This document shows positions 38,952 to 49,044 of a stretch of 64,000 nt of DNA, piece after piece; position 1 is the first letter of the stretch, and each line of letters starts with the position of its first letter. This DNA is from Patescibacteria group bacterium (GTDB taxonomy: Bacteria; Patescibacteriota; Doudnabacteria; UBA920), in contig JAMDAY010000010.1 of NCBI GenBank assembly GCA_023484515.1, positions 5,131 to 69,130 of the forward strand, written 5' to 3'. The translations under genes and the position numbers were made by a program. Below the pieces are notes generated by a model. That model saw nothing but the letters and a program-made list of their open reading frames with translations, was not told the DNA's origin and did no database searches.

Positions 38952-39653
38952 ATGGTAAATTTGTTAAAAAAAATAATACAATCGGCAGAGGTAAGGTATG
39001 CGGAAAAGATAGCATTGCAGGAAGACGCCCCTGTCCTTGCATTGCTGGGAAAGCAGTATCAAAATATGCAGGTTTTTTCATTGTTAGAAGCTGGTTCAGG
39101 CAGGGGCAGGTTTGCCGACCTTCTAAAAAAGGAATTTCCCAACATGCGCCTGACATGCTTGGAAATAAACGAGGATCTGGCAAGGCAAACCATGGAGCGG
39201 GGCATAGAAACCGCGACAGGGGATATCCTGGAGGCCAATTTGCCTCTTGCGAGTTTTGACGTAATCCATGCTTCCCATATTATTGAACATTTTAGCTATC
39301 CGGCCATTGCCCGCTTATTGGATAAACTGGCTTCGCTTTTAAAGCCCGGAGGGTTCTTAATAATCAGGAGCCCTCTCTGGCATCCGGGTTTTTATGGAGA
39401 TATTGACCACGTCAGGCCTTATCCGCCCGGGACAATATTGCACTATTTTAACGAAACCCAGCAACAGCATAAAGGGCAGGCAAACATTGTTGAAATATCA
39501 AGGTGGTATCGCCGCCATGCTTGGCAGATGCAGAATACGGAAAAATCTCAGTTTGGCAAAGTTTTAAATGGTTTGTTTAAGGGGTTATGGTTGCTATTCC
39601 GTTTTCCCCGCTCTTCCCCCAACGGGTATGTGAGCGTATTTCAAAAAAATTAG
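38952..39653 (+). CDS. class I SAM-dependent methyltransferase
   Basis: LLEAGSGRGRFADLL and DVIHASHIIEHF. Confidence 0.75.
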   Translation: MVNLLKKIIQSAEVRYAEKIALQEDAPVLALLGKQYQNMQVFSLLEAGSGRGRFADLLKKEFPNMRLTCLEINEDLARQTMERGIETATGDILEANLPLASFDVIHASHIIEHFSYPAIARLLDKLASLLKPGGFLIIRSPLWHPGFYGDIDHVRPYPPGTILHYFNETQQQHKGQANIVEISRWYRRHAWQMQNTEKSQFGKVLNGLFKGLWLLFRFPRSSPNGYVSVFQKN

Positions 39654-39668
39654 CGAAACGGAGTCATA

Positions 39669-40691
39669 ATGGCTGGACAAATAATTAAAATATTTTCCGA
39701 AAAGATATTTCTTGCGTCCGTGCAGAAACACGAAATAATAATGTATCCTTTTTGGGGGGACAATGGCGAAGATTTGCGAGAACCCACGACCGGGCGGTTT
39801 GAAGAATATGTCAATCGGACTAAAGAAATATTTAAGTTGGTTAGCCTTAAGGAATGCGATTTTGCCGTGTTACCGGGCCAGTGGAATGCGCAAAGCAGCG
39901 AGGCGCGGGATTTTCTTTTCCAAGCGGAACAGGCCGGCAAACCGACAGTGGTATTTTTTAATTCCGACTCAACGGAGGACATTCCGGTAAAAAACGGTTT
40001 TATTTTTAGGACTTCGTTTTACCAAAGTTCCAAAAAATCCAACGAATATGCCATGCCGGGGTGGAGCGAGGATTTTGTGGAAAGATATTATGGCAACCAA
40101 CTACCCCTTCGGCAAAAATCGGAGAAACCGGTTGTCAGTTATTGCGGTTACGGCAGGAACTGGAAGTATTACCTGAAAGAAATTTTGGGACGGCCCATTC
40201 ATCCGGGCGAAAGAATCCGCGGGCAGGCAATGGCTCTTTTGCGGAAGTGCGCGAAGGTTGAAACCAATTTTAAGCTGCGCCGCGGGTACTGGGCTGACGC
40301 TTTTATTTACAATAATCCCGCGCATATGATGCAGGTCAGGAAAGAATTTGTGGAAAATTTGGCTGCGGGAGACTATGCTTTGTGCGCGCGCGGGGGCGGC
40401 AATTTTTCTTACCGCTTATACGAAGCCTTAAGCCTGGGCCGCATTCCCGTATTTATAAACACGGACTGCGTTTTGCCATATGAGCAATTTATAGACTGGA
40501 AGAAGATTTGCGTGTGGGTGGAAGAATCCGAAATTGGTAAAATCGGGGAAAAAATTATTGCTTACCATAACCGGTTGTCGCCCGAAGATTTCGCCAAACG
40601 CCAGCAGGAGATCCGCAAAATCTGGGAGGAATGGATTTCCCCTTATGGTTTTTTTAAGAATTTGCACAAAATTATATTGCAGAAAAAATAA
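39669..40691 (+). CDS. hypothetical protein, possibly an exostosin-like (GT47) glycosyltransferase
   Basis: ALCARGGGNFSYRLYEALSLGRIPVFIN resembles the GT47 C-terminal motif. Confidence 0.4.
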   Translation: MAGQIIKIFSEKIFLASVQKHEIIMYPFWGDNGEDLREPTTGRFEEYVNRTKEIFKLVSLKECDFAVLPGQWNAQSSEARDFLFQAEQAGKPTVVFFNSDSTEDIPVKNGFIFRTSFYQSSKKSNEYAMPGWSEDFVERYYGNQLPLRQKSEKPVVSYCGYGRNWKYYLKEILGRPIHPGERIRGQAMALLRKCAKVETNFKLRRGYWADAFIYNNPAHMMQVRKEFVENLAAGDYALCARGGGNFSYRLYEALSLGRIPVFINTDCVLPYEQFIDWKKICVWVEESEIGKIGEKIIAYHNRLSPEDFAKRQQEIRKIWEEWISPYGFFKNLHKIILQKK

Positions 40692-40701
40692 CCAGTTTTA
40701 T

Positions 40702-41490
40702 ATGTCCCTACCAGCATCCATAAAAAAAATTATCAAGCCTGCCGTAATGCGCCTAAAGCCTGTTTTGGAATCTATCTTTCAGCTTGAATCGAAAATTTCA
40801 CGGTTTTGGGCTGGCAGCGCCCACAAAAGGTTGATGTTTGTCCAATGGGCGCTGCCTCCGCAGCCTGAGTGTTTTGACCATCACATTGACCTTTACTATT
40901 ACTGGCTGGCCAGCCGCAATCCTTTGTGGGTGGAGCGGGGAGTGTTCGGCAGCCTGGCCCTGAAAGGAGGGGACGTACTGGAGCTTGCCTGCGGCGACGG
41001 GTTTAATGCAAGAAATTTTTACAGCCTCCGTTCCAAAGAAGTCATTGCCTGCGACTTTGACCCGAAAGCGATAAAAACCGCCCGGAAGAAAAATTCCGCC
41101 CCTAATGTCAAATTCCTGCTGGCTGACATCCGTAAAGATATGCCCCGGGGAAAATTTGAAAATATAGTCTGGGATGCGGCCATTGAACACTTTACCCCTG
41201 GAGAAATAAATAAACTAATGGCCGAAATTAAAAACCGCCTTGTTGCCGGCGGGATCCTTAGCGGTTATACCATTGTTGAGCGCAAAGAAGGAAAATCCCT
41301 TTCCCACCATGAATACGAGTTTAAGGACAAACAGGATTTGTTAAGGTTTTTAACTCCTTACTTTAAGCACGTTACGGTATTTGAAACAATTTATCCTTCC
41401 AGGCACAATCTCTATTTTTGGGCTTCCGACGGAACCCTGCCTTTTAGGGATGGCTGGAGCTTTATGGCAACAGAACATATAAATGGATAA
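40702..41490 (+). CDS. class I SAM-dependent methyltransferase
   Basis: VLELACGDGFNARNF and NIVWDAAIEHF. The ORF track starts at 40534, overlapping the previous gene; the ATG at 40702 is more likely. Confidence 0.7.
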   Translation: MSLPASIKKIIKPAVMRLKPVLESIFQLESKISRFWAGSAHKRLMFVQWALPPQPECFDHHIDLYYYWLASRNPLWVERGVFGSLALKGGDVLELACGDGFNARNFYSLRSKEVIACDFDPKAIKTARKKNSAPNVKFLLADIRKDMPRGKFENIVWDAAIEHFTPGEINKLMAEIKNRLVAGGILSGYTIVERKEGKSLSHHEYEFKDKQDLLRFLTPYFKHVTVFETIYPSRHNLYFWASDGTLPFRDGWSFMATEHING

Positions 41491-42250
41491 TACTGCAAAC
41501 CAACAATTGGCAATAGTGGTATCTTCCTGCGACGCTTACAGCGACGTCTGGCCGGCGTTTTTTACCTTGTTTTTCCGCTACTGGCCGGACTGCCCGTATC
41601 AGGTTTATCTAATAGGCAATAAACAGTCCTGGCCGGACACAAGAATAAAGACCATATTGATTAATCCTGACCGCCGCTGGTCAGACAACTTAAGGGCCGC
41701 TTTGGATCAGGTAAGGGAAAAATATATATTATACATGCAGGAAGATTATTTGCTGCAAGCCAAAGTTGATGCCAATAAGATCAGTCAATTGTTTAACTTT
41801 GTAATTCAGGAAAAGGCAGCGTGTTTGCGTTTGCAGCCCACGCCCGGGCCGGACCTGCCGTATCAAAATAATCCGGAAATTGGGGAAATTAGCAAAACAG
41901 AGGATTACCGCGTATCCCTGCAAGCGGCCATTTGGGATAAGCAGGCCATGCTGTCTTTGCTGGCGGACGGGGAAGACGGCTGGCAGATGGAATTTGAAGG
42001 CACTAAAAGATCAAGGCAGGTGCCAATGAAGTTTTTAAGCGTTAAGAGAGATGTGCCGCGGCCTTTGCCTTATTTTTGCACGGCCGTGCTAAAGGGAAAA
42101 TGGATGAGGCAGGCGGTGGAGTTTTGCCGGAAAGAAAATATTGCAATTGATACGGGCAAAAGGCCGGTTCGGTCGTTTGCGGACGACTTCAAGGACAAAG
42201 CCAAAGGTTTGGCCGTAAAAATTTATTTTGCCTTAAAGCCAAAGAAATGA
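41483..42250 (+). CDS. hypothetical protein (possible glycosyltransferase-like)
   Basis: ORF in operon context; no firm motif. Confidence 0.45.
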   Translation: MDNTANQQLAIVVSSCDAYSDVWPAFFTLFFRYWPDCPYQVYLIGNKQSWPDTRIKTILINPDRRWSDNLRAALDQVREKYILYMQEDYLLQAKVDANKISQLFNFVIQEKAACLRLQPTPGPDLPYQNNPEIGEISKTEDYRVSLQAAIWDKQAMLSLLADGEDGWQMEFEGTKRSRQVPMKFLSVKRDVPRPLPYFCTAVLKGKWMRQAVEFCRKENIAIDTGKRPVRSFADDFKDKAKGLAVKIYFALKPKK

Positions 42251-43179
42251 ATTACCAATTCTGCACGCTATTTGATAAAAATTATTTATACAATGGCCTG
42301 GCTTTGCATGCTTCCTTGCTTCGGCATTGCAGCAATTTTACCCTTTGGATTTTATGTTTGGACGAGACTGCTTACCGGATTTTGTCAAAACTGGATCTAA
42401 AAAAGGCCAAGTTAGTCAGCCTGGCGGAATTTGAAAATGAAGATCTTTTGCGGGTAAAACAAAACCGCACGGCAGGGGAATACGCCTGGACTTGCGCCGC
42501 CAATTTCTGCAAATACGTCTTAGAAAAATATCAACCGGACAGCATTACTTATTTGGACAGCGACGTATATTTTTTTAGCGGCCCGGACGAAATTTTTAAA
42601 GAAATAGGTTCTGCCGATATTGCCATAATTGAACACCGTTACAGCAAAGAATATAGCCATTTGGAAAAGCAGAGCGGCACGTTCTGCGTGGAGTGGGTAA
42701 CTTTTAAAAATTCGGAAGAAGGAGCAAAGGCGGTAAACTGGTGGAGCAAGAAGGTGCTGGAGTGGTGCTATGCCAGATACGAAGACGGCAAATTCGGCGA
42801 CCAGTTATATTTAAACGACTGGCCGCGGCGTTTTCAGGGGGTGCATATTATTGAGCATAAAGGCGCCGGCCTGGCTCCTTGGAATTTGAGAAATTATGCT
42901 TTGCAAATCCAAGGCAGCCAAATTTTAACAGGAGGCCAAAATTTAATTTTTTATCATTTTCATACTTTCCATCCCATAAGCTATAATTTATACGTCCGCG
43001 CCATTGGTTACGGGTTACCCAGGCAGGCAGCCCGGTTAATTTACCGCCCATATATAATAGCTATAAAACAGTCCATAGACGCGGTAAAAAATACAGACAG
43101 GAATTTTAATTTTGGCTTCCGGAAATTCAATATTAAAGAATTTTTTGGGGAAAAGATAAAAACTTTTTTAAATCACTGA
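42247..43179 (+). CDS. hypothetical protein (possible nucleotide-diphospho-sugar transferase fold)
   Basis: ITYLDSDVYFF resembles a DxD-containing region. Confidence 0.45.
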   Translation: MNYQFCTLFDKNYLYNGLALHASLLRHCSNFTLWILCLDETAYRILSKLDLKKAKLVSLAEFENEDLLRVKQNRTAGEYAWTCAANFCKYVLEKYQPDSITYLDSDVYFFSGPDEIFKEIGSADIAIIEHRYSKEYSHLEKQSGTFCVEWVTFKNSEEGAKAVNWWSKKVLEWCYARYEDGKFGDQLYLNDWPRRFQGVHIIEHKGAGLAPWNLRNYALQIQGSQILTGGQNLIFYHFHTFHPISYNLYVRAIGYGLPRQAARLIYRPYIIAIKQSIDAVKNTDRNFNFGFRKFNIKEFFGEKIKTFLNH

Positions 43180-43180
43180 A

Positions 43181-44338
43181 ATGTCCACTGGAAAAATTTT
43201 AATTTTAGACAGCTATTACGGAGCAGTGCTTAAGGATTTTTACCGGAAACATCCGGAAGTTTTGAGCTTGCCTTTTAAGGAACTGCGTGAAAAACTTATG
43301 GAATTAAAATTCGGCACTTCGGATTTCTATTCCAAGAACCTTAACAAACTCGGCTGGGACGCCCAGGAATTCGTGGTCAACGATCCCGTTTCCCAGGGGG
43401 CGTGGCTTAAGGAGTATGGCTTAAAGGAAAATCTTTTTCCCCGGCTAGTCTCCGTCTTGTCGCGAGTGCCGAAAGCGGGAGTGGTTTTTCAGCGGCTGGA
43501 TAATATTCTTAACTGGGGCTCTTTATACCAAATTGTCAAAAAACAGATTGACATGCTGCGGCCTGACGTGGTATACATACAGAATATTTCTGCTTTCAGT
43601 CCCTTGTTTTTACAAACCATTAAGCCTAAGATAAAATTGTTGGCCGGACAAATTGCGTATGCCAAGCCGCCGGCCAAATATTTCCGTCCATACGATTTAA
43701 TCCTGACTTCTTTGCCTAATTACGTCAAGGATTTTCGGGACCAAGGCTTAAGCGCGGAGTATTTGAAGCTGGGTTTTGAGGGCGGCTTGGTCAAAGAATT
43801 GCAGAAAAATCCTTCGTTGTCGCACAATGCAGTGCATATCGGGGGATACGGCAAAATTCACAATGAAAGGAATGAAGTTTTGGAAGCGGTGGCAAAGGAC
43901 AAGGGCATAGACATTAAGTTTTGGGGTTACGGAACATCCAATTTGCCGGAAAGCAGTTTGATTAAGAAAAATTACCAAGGACAAGCGTGGGGGCTGGATC
44001 GTCTGCGGATTTTTTATAACAGCAAAATCACCCTGACCAAGCACATAACCGCAGTGGCTGGCGGTTATGCCAATAATATGACGCTTTATGAGGCTACGGG
44101 CAGCGGCATTTTTTTGATTACCGACTGGAAGCAAAACTTGCCGGAACTTTTTACGCCGGGAGAGGAAGTGGAGACCTATAGATCCGTTCCGGAATTGATT
44201 GACAAACTCAAATACTATCTAAGCCACGACAAGGAAAGGGAAAAAATTGCCCAAGCCGGGCAAGCCAGAACTTTAAGGGAACATACTTATGAAAAAAGAA
44301 TGGAAGAATTAACGCAAATTATTAATAAATACTTATGA
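43181..44338 (+). CDS. CgeB-family glycosyltransferase (paralog of 22505-23587)
   Basis: GSGIFLITD...YYLSHDKEREKIAQAGQARTLREHTYEKR. Confidence 0.65.
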   Translation: MSTGKILILDSYYGAVLKDFYRKHPEVLSLPFKELREKLMELKFGTSDFYSKNLNKLGWDAQEFVVNDPVSQGAWLKEYGLKENLFPRLVSVLSRVPKAGVVFQRLDNILNWGSLYQIVKKQIDMLRPDVVYIQNISAFSPLFLQTIKPKIKLLAGQIAYAKPPAKYFRPYDLILTSLPNYVKDFRDQGLSAEYLKLGFEGGLVKELQKNPSLSHNAVHIGGYGKIHNERNEVLEAVAKDKGIDIKFWGYGTSNLPESSLIKKNYQGQAWGLDRLRIFYNSKITLTKHITAVAGGYANNMTLYEATGSGIFLITDWKQNLPELFTPGEEVETYRSVPELIDKLKYYLSHDKEREKIAQAGQARTLREHTYEKRMEELTQIINKYL

Positions 44339-45096
44339 AACCTATGGGCAAAAGAACAAACAAGCAGGGGGAGAAGGCGGGAATTTTGGGTTACGGAGAA
44401 GTGGGCAAGGCAATCGCGCGTTTTTACAGGCAGCCATACATAAAAGATTTGGAATTTGACCGTTTCCCGGAAAAGCTGGATGTTTTGAATGTTTGTACTC
44501 CGCCAAGCAAGCAGTTTATTAAATTCGTATCGGAGTTGATCATAAAACATAAGCCAGAGCTTGTAATAATCCATTCCACCGTGCCGGCCGGCACGACAAA
44601 GCAGCTTTATAAGAAATTTAAAAACGTGGTCCATTCCCCGATCCGCGGCGTTCATCCATTCTTGTTTGAAGGGGTAAAAACTTTTGTAAAATATGTGGGG
44701 GCAGACAACCAGGACTTGGGCGAGCGGGCGGCAAAGCATCTTAAGCGGATAGGCATTAAGAAAGTAAAAATTTTTACCCCGTCTGAAACCACGGAACTGG
44801 GAAAACTTTTGGATACGACCTATTATGGTTTGTGCATTGCTTTCCATTCTTATGCGGAAAAAATTTGCAAAAAAACGGGAACGGATTTTGAAAAAGTGAT
44901 GAAAGATTTTAACGAAAGTTATAACCGGGGATATCTTAGGCTTGGCAAAAGCAATGTGGTGCGGCCGGTCCTGTTTGCGCCGAAAGACGGCCATATAGGC
45001 GGGCATTGCATAATGCCGAACGCGGAAATTTTAAAAGAGCAGTTTGGCGGCGATTTAATTCTAGACAGCTTGTTGAGGCATAAAAATAACAAATAA
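44335..45096 (+). CDS. short NAD-binding UDP-glucose/GDP-mannose-dehydrogenase-like protein lacking the C-terminal UDP-binding domain
   Basis: GILGYGEVGKAIA Rossmann motif and IGGHC near the C-terminus. Paralogous architecture to 48199-49044. Confidence 0.4.
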   Translation: MKPMGKRTNKQGEKAGILGYGEVGKAIARFYRQPYIKDLEFDRFPEKLDVLNVCTPPSKQFIKFVSELIIKHKPELVIIHSTVPAGTTKQLYKKFKNVVHSPIRGVHPFLFEGVKTFVKYVGADNQDLGERAAKHLKRIGIKKVKIFTPSETTELGKLLDTTYYGLCIAFHSYAEKICKKTGTDFEKVMKDFNESYNRGYLRLGKSNVVRPVLFAPKDGHIGGHCIMPNAEILKEQFGGDLILDSLLRHKNNK

Positions 45097-45098
45097 AA

Positions 45099-45839
45099 TT
45101 GATGCGGAAAAACTTAAGGCATAAATTATTCCAGTGGCGCGCGCGGCATAGTTTCCGGCCTTCGTGGTATTCGGTTTTGGTAAACCCTTATTTTATTGCG
45201 CGCTGGTATTTGTACCGCAGCATAAGCAAGTTCGCGGGAACCGTTTCCAATAAAAAAATTTTAGATATCGGCTGCGGCATCAAGCCTTATCAGCCTTTGT
45301 TTAAAGACTGCGAATACTTGGGCATTGAAGTCGGCAACGACCGCCAAATTTCCCCGTTTGCCGACAAAATTTACGACGGCGAACATGTGCCTTACCAAGA
45401 CGCTAGCTTTGACGCTGTTTTATGCACCCAGGTCTTGGAGCACGCCAATCATCCAGACCAGCTCGTCAAAGAAATCCGCCGCGTCCTCAAGCCGGGCGGC
45501 CTGGCTTACATTACCATGCCGTTCGTCTGGAACGAGCACGAAAAGCCGTATGACTTCCGCCGCTTTACCAGTTTTGAGCATAACCGTCTGCTAAATAGCC
45601 AAAACCTGGACATCCGGTCAATTTCTCCCACCTGCGGAGTGTTCGGCGTGTGCGGCCAGCTTATATCCGCTTATATTGTGGAAACTTTCGGCACCCGGTA
45701 TAATATAGTGTATCAGCTTGTAACGCTTTTGCTGTGCGCGCCAATGCAAATTATTTTTTTAGCGTTGGACGGAATTTTTAAGAACAATTGGATAACTTTA
45801 GACTACGTAATTATTGCGGAAAAAAATGCCCAAGAATAA
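45099..45839 (+). CDS. class I SAM-dependent methyltransferase
   Basis: ILDIGCGIKPY and LKPGGLAYITMP. Confidence 0.75.
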   Translation: MMRKNLRHKLFQWRARHSFRPSWYSVLVNPYFIARWYLYRSISKFAGTVSNKKILDIGCGIKPYQPLFKDCEYLGIEVGNDRQISPFADKIYDGEHVPYQDASFDAVLCTQVLEHANHPDQLVKEIRRVLKPGGLAYITMPFVWNEHEKPYDFRRFTSFEHNRLLNSQNLDIRSISPTCGVFGVCGQLISAYIVETFGTRYNIVYQLVTLLLCAPMQIIFLALDGIFKNNWITLDYVIIAEKNAQE

Positions 45840-46260
45840 TTTAAAAATTAAAGTAAAAAATTCCGGCCTGGTGAAAATGCAGTTTTTTAACGACTTTCCG
45901 GACGGCAACCTGGTAATCGGCGAGGCCAACAAGAATGTGCCGTTTGCCATTAAGCGGGTATACTTTATTAACAACCTGCTCAACAAGAAATCGGTGCGCG
46001 GCAAGCATGCGCACAAAAAGCTGGAGCAGGTAATTTTTTGCGTGAACGGGAAATTTACCTTAAGTTTGGACGACGGGAAAAACCGGCAAAAAATTACGCT
46101 GGACAGCCCGTATTTCGGCGTCCGGCTTGGCCCGCGTCTGTGGCACACTATGAGCAGCTTTTCTTCCGACTGCGTAATTTTGGTACTGGCCGACAATTAT
46201 TATAAGGAAAGCGACTACATTAGGGATTACGGCAAATTTTTAAAATACGTTAGGCAATAA
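45814..46260 (+). CDS. FdtA/QdtA/WxcM-like dTDP-sugar 3,4-ketoisomerase (cupin)
   Basis: NVPFAIKRVYFI...GKHAHKKLEQVIFCVNG. The start is probably the ATG at 45826. Confidence 0.75.
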   Translation: MRKKMPKNNLKIKVKNSGLVKMQFFNDFPDGNLVIGEANKNVPFAIKRVYFINNLLNKKSVRGKHAHKKLEQVIFCVNGKFTLSLDDGKNRQKITLDSPYFGVRLGPRLWHTMSSFSSDCVILVLADNYYKESDYIRDYGKFLKYVRQ

Positions 46261-46263
46261 ACC

Positions 46264-47361
46264 ATGGTCCCATTTTTAGATTTAACCAGGGAGTGGAATT
46301 TTTTTGAAGCTGAATTCCTGCGGGCCTTTGAAAATTTCGGGCGCGGCGGGCATTATGTTTTGGGCCCGCTGGCGGAAAAATTTGAACAGGATTTTGCCGC
46401 CTTTACAGGTTACAAATACGCGGTTGGTGTTTCTTCGGGCCTGGCCGCTTTGGAAGCGGCGCTTAAAGCTTATGGCATTGGCGCGGGCGACGAAGTCATC
46501 ACAGTCCCCAATAGCGCAGTGGCCACGGCTTTGGCCGTTACCAATATCGGAGCCAAGCCTGTGTTTTGCGACGTGGGCGAAGATTTCTTAATTGACCCCG
46601 GGGAAATAGAAAAATATATCACAGACAAGACCAAGGCGATTTTGCCGGTCCACCTTTTTGGCAAGGTCTGCGATATGGCAAGTATCAACAAAATTGCGAA
46701 ACAACATAACCTGGCTGTCATTGAAGACTCCTGCCAGGCCCATGGCGCGGAATTCAAGGGAGAGGGCGCAACTAACACCAAGGCCTTCAGCTTCTATCCG
46801 ACCAAAAATCTCGGCGCTTTGGGCGAGGCGGGGGTGGTGGTGACCAACGACGAAAAGGTAAAAAATTTTACCGCTTCTTTCCGCGATTACGGCCAGAAAG
46901 GCCGGTATAACCACGTGATTTTGGGGAACAACTACCGGATAGACGCATTGCAGTGCGCATTTATGGAAATTAAGTTGCGGCATTTGCGGGAGTTTACCGG
47001 GAAGCGGAGGGGAATTGCGAAAAAATATATCCGCGCGCTGGCAAAAATTGCCGGCCTGGCCATTTTGCCGTTTGACGAAACCGCTTGCTATCATTTGTTC
47101 GTGGTGCGGGTGCTTAACGGCCGGCGCAACGAATTAAAATTGTTTTTGGAACACAAAGGCATAACCGCCTTGGTGCACTATCCGGCTTTAATTTACCGGC
47201 AGCCTTGCTATTGCGGCGTTTACCCCCATACCAGCCTGGCCAAGGCCGAAGCCTTGCAGGAAGAAATTTTGTCCTTGCCCTGCTACCCGTTTTTAACCGA
47301 AGCCGAACAGGACGAAGTAATAAATAACCTCCAAACTTTTTTTAATGGACCAGTTGCCTAA
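46264..47361 (+). CDS. DegT/DnrJ/EryC1/StrS sugar aminotransferase (FdtB/QdtB-like)
   Basis: VPFLDLTREW...VGVSSGLAALEAAL...SFYPTKNLGALGEAG. Confidence 0.85.
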   Translation: MVPFLDLTREWNFFEAEFLRAFENFGRGGHYVLGPLAEKFEQDFAAFTGYKYAVGVSSGLAALEAALKAYGIGAGDEVITVPNSAVATALAVTNIGAKPVFCDVGEDFLIDPGEIEKYITDKTKAILPVHLFGKVCDMASINKIAKQHNLAVIEDSCQAHGAEFKGEGATNTKAFSFYPTKNLGALGEAGVVVTNDEKVKNFTASFRDYGQKGRYNHVILGNNYRIDALQCAFMEIKLRHLREFTGKRRGIAKKYIRALAKIAGLAILPFDETACYHLFVVRVLNGRRNELKLFLEHKGITALVHYPALIYRQPCYCGVYPHTSLAKAEALQEEILSLPCYPFLTEAEQDEVINNLQTFFNGPVA

Positions 47362-48166
47362 AATTACGGTGGTGACCGCCAGCTTTAATTCGCAAGATTA
47401 CATTCGGCGGGCCATAGACAGCGTGCAGAGCCAGGCTTACCCCAACGTAGAGCATATAATAATGGACGGCGGGTCAACGGACGGCACTTTGGAAATTTTA
47501 AAGTCGTATGGCAATAAGATCAAGTGGTTTTCCGGGCCGGACCGGGGCATTTACGATGCGCTAAACAAAGGCTTTAAACAGGCGGCGGGCAGCGTTTTTA
47601 CCTGGCTTGACAGCGACAATTTTTATCTTTCGGAAAATGTCCTGTCAGCCGTTGCCCGGGCCTTTTCGCAGGACTCAAATTTAGATCTCGTGGTCACGAA
47701 CGGGAAAGTGGTTTATCCTGACCTTGATTTGGAGGAAAAAGTCAGGCCCAAAATTCCCGGTTATTTGGAATTGCTAAACCGCGGCAACCGGTTTATGCCG
47801 GAATGCATGTTTTATAAAAAGGAGCTTTATTTCCGCTCCGGCGGCTTAAACTTAAACTTGCGCCTGCTTTCCGATTACGAACTTTGGTTAAAGTTCTTCA
47901 GGCTCCGCCCTAAGGTCCAAAAGTTGGAAATGGAAAGCGCCGCCTATGTTGTGAGGCCGGACGCGCTGCTCCGCAAATCTCCGGTTCGGGCATGGCGGGA
48001 AACCTTTATAATTGGTAAAATGTATAAGCGGAGTCCGGCAGTAAGGCTTAAATTCAGGTTTGCTTTCCTTTGGGCCTTAGCCAGGTTTTATTTGGGAAGA
48101 GCGGTTAAAAAAAATTCGGTTTTAACGGGCATTTATAAAAGATACCGCAACTGGCGGCATAATTAA
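47345..48166 (+). CDS. glycosyltransferase family 2
   Basis: ITVVTASFNSQDYIRRAIDSVQSQAY...IIMDGGSTDGT. Confidence 0.8.
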   Translation: MDQLPKITVVTASFNSQDYIRRAIDSVQSQAYPNVEHIIMDGGSTDGTLEILKSYGNKIKWFSGPDRGIYDALNKGFKQAAGSVFTWLDSDNFYLSENVLSAVARAFSQDSNLDLVVTNGKVVYPDLDLEEKVRPKIPGYLELLNRGNRFMPECMFYKKELYFRSGGLNLNLRLLSDYELWLKFFRLRPKVQKLEMESAAYVVRPDALLRKSPVRAWRETFIIGKMYKRSPAVRLKFRFAFLWALARFYLGRAVKKNSVLTGIYKRYRNWRHN

Positions 48167-48198
48167 CTTTATTTACAGACGGAAAGGATGCAAAAAAC

Positions 48199-49044
48199 AT
48201 GGAAACTAAAAAAATAGGAATTATGGGTTTGGGTTTTGTGGGAGGGGCGTTAATGCGATACTTCAAAACCCGGCCGGTATCGCTTTTTTTGTATGATAAA
48301 TATAAAAAGATAGGGTCTGTGGAAGAGGTAAATAAGGCTGATATAGTTTTTATTTGCGTGCCCACCCCTTTTTTAGATGGAAAAGGTTTTGACTTGTCAG
48401 CGGTGAAAGACGCCATTGGCGAACTGCAGGGCGCGAAAATTGTGGTTATCAAGTCCACCATTCTCCCGGGCACCACTGAAAATTTGCAAAAAACTTTCCC
48501 AAGGCACAAATTTTTATTCAATCCCGAATTTTTGCGCGAGGTTTCGCCTTATGAAGACCTTATACGGCCCGACCGGCAGATTTTAGGGAGCACCAAAGAA
48601 AGCCAGGCTGCGGCAAAGGAAGTTATGGGACTTTTGCCCAAAGCCCCGTTTGAAAAAATTATGCCCGCCACCGAAGCGGAAACGGTCAAATACATGGCAA
48701 ACTCCTTTTTGGCGCTAAAAGTGGTTTTTGCGAACGAGTTTTACGATATCTGCAAAGAAATAGGAATTGATTACGCGCTGGTCAAAGAGGCCGTAGTCAA
48801 AGACCCGCGCATTGGGGATTCGCATTTTGACGTAGGCCACGGCGGCTACCGCGGTTACGGCGGCTCCTGCTTCCCTAAAGACGTAAATGCAATTTTGCAA
48901 CTGGCCGAAGACAAAAAGGTCAGGGTGTCCTTGCTGAATGCCATGAGGAAGGCCAACAAGGAGCTGTTGGAAGAAAGCGGGCTTAACGAGGACTTTTTCC
49001 TGCAGGAATTGCATAAGAAAAAAAAGGAGGAGCAAAGGGCATGA
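48199..49044 (+). CDS. UDP-glucose/GDP-mannose dehydrogenase-family protein, short form (NAD-binding and central domains only)
   Basis: IGIMGLGFVGG Rossmann motif and the catalytic-Cys motif GGSCFPKD. The protein ends about 100 aa before the usual UDP-binding domain. Confidence 0.6.
   Translation: METKKIGIMGLGFVGGALMRYFKTRPVSLFLYDKYKKIGSVEEVNKADIVFICVPTPFLDGKGFDLSAVKDAIGELQGAKIVVIKSTILPGTTENLQKTFPRHKFLFNPEFLREVSPYEDLIRPDRQILGSTKESQAAAKEVMGLLPKAPFEKIMPATEAETVKYMANSFLALKVVFANEFYDICKEIGIDYALVKEAVVKDPRIGDSHFDVGHGGYRGYGGSCFPKDVNAILQLAEDKKVRVSLLNAMRKANKELLEESGLNEDFFLQELHKKKKEEQRA

Noticed and set aside
44287-45006. 239-aa minus-strand ORF antisense to 44335-45096
   Set aside because: It is antisense to a Rossmann-fold gene in a uniformly + strand operon and has no motifs.
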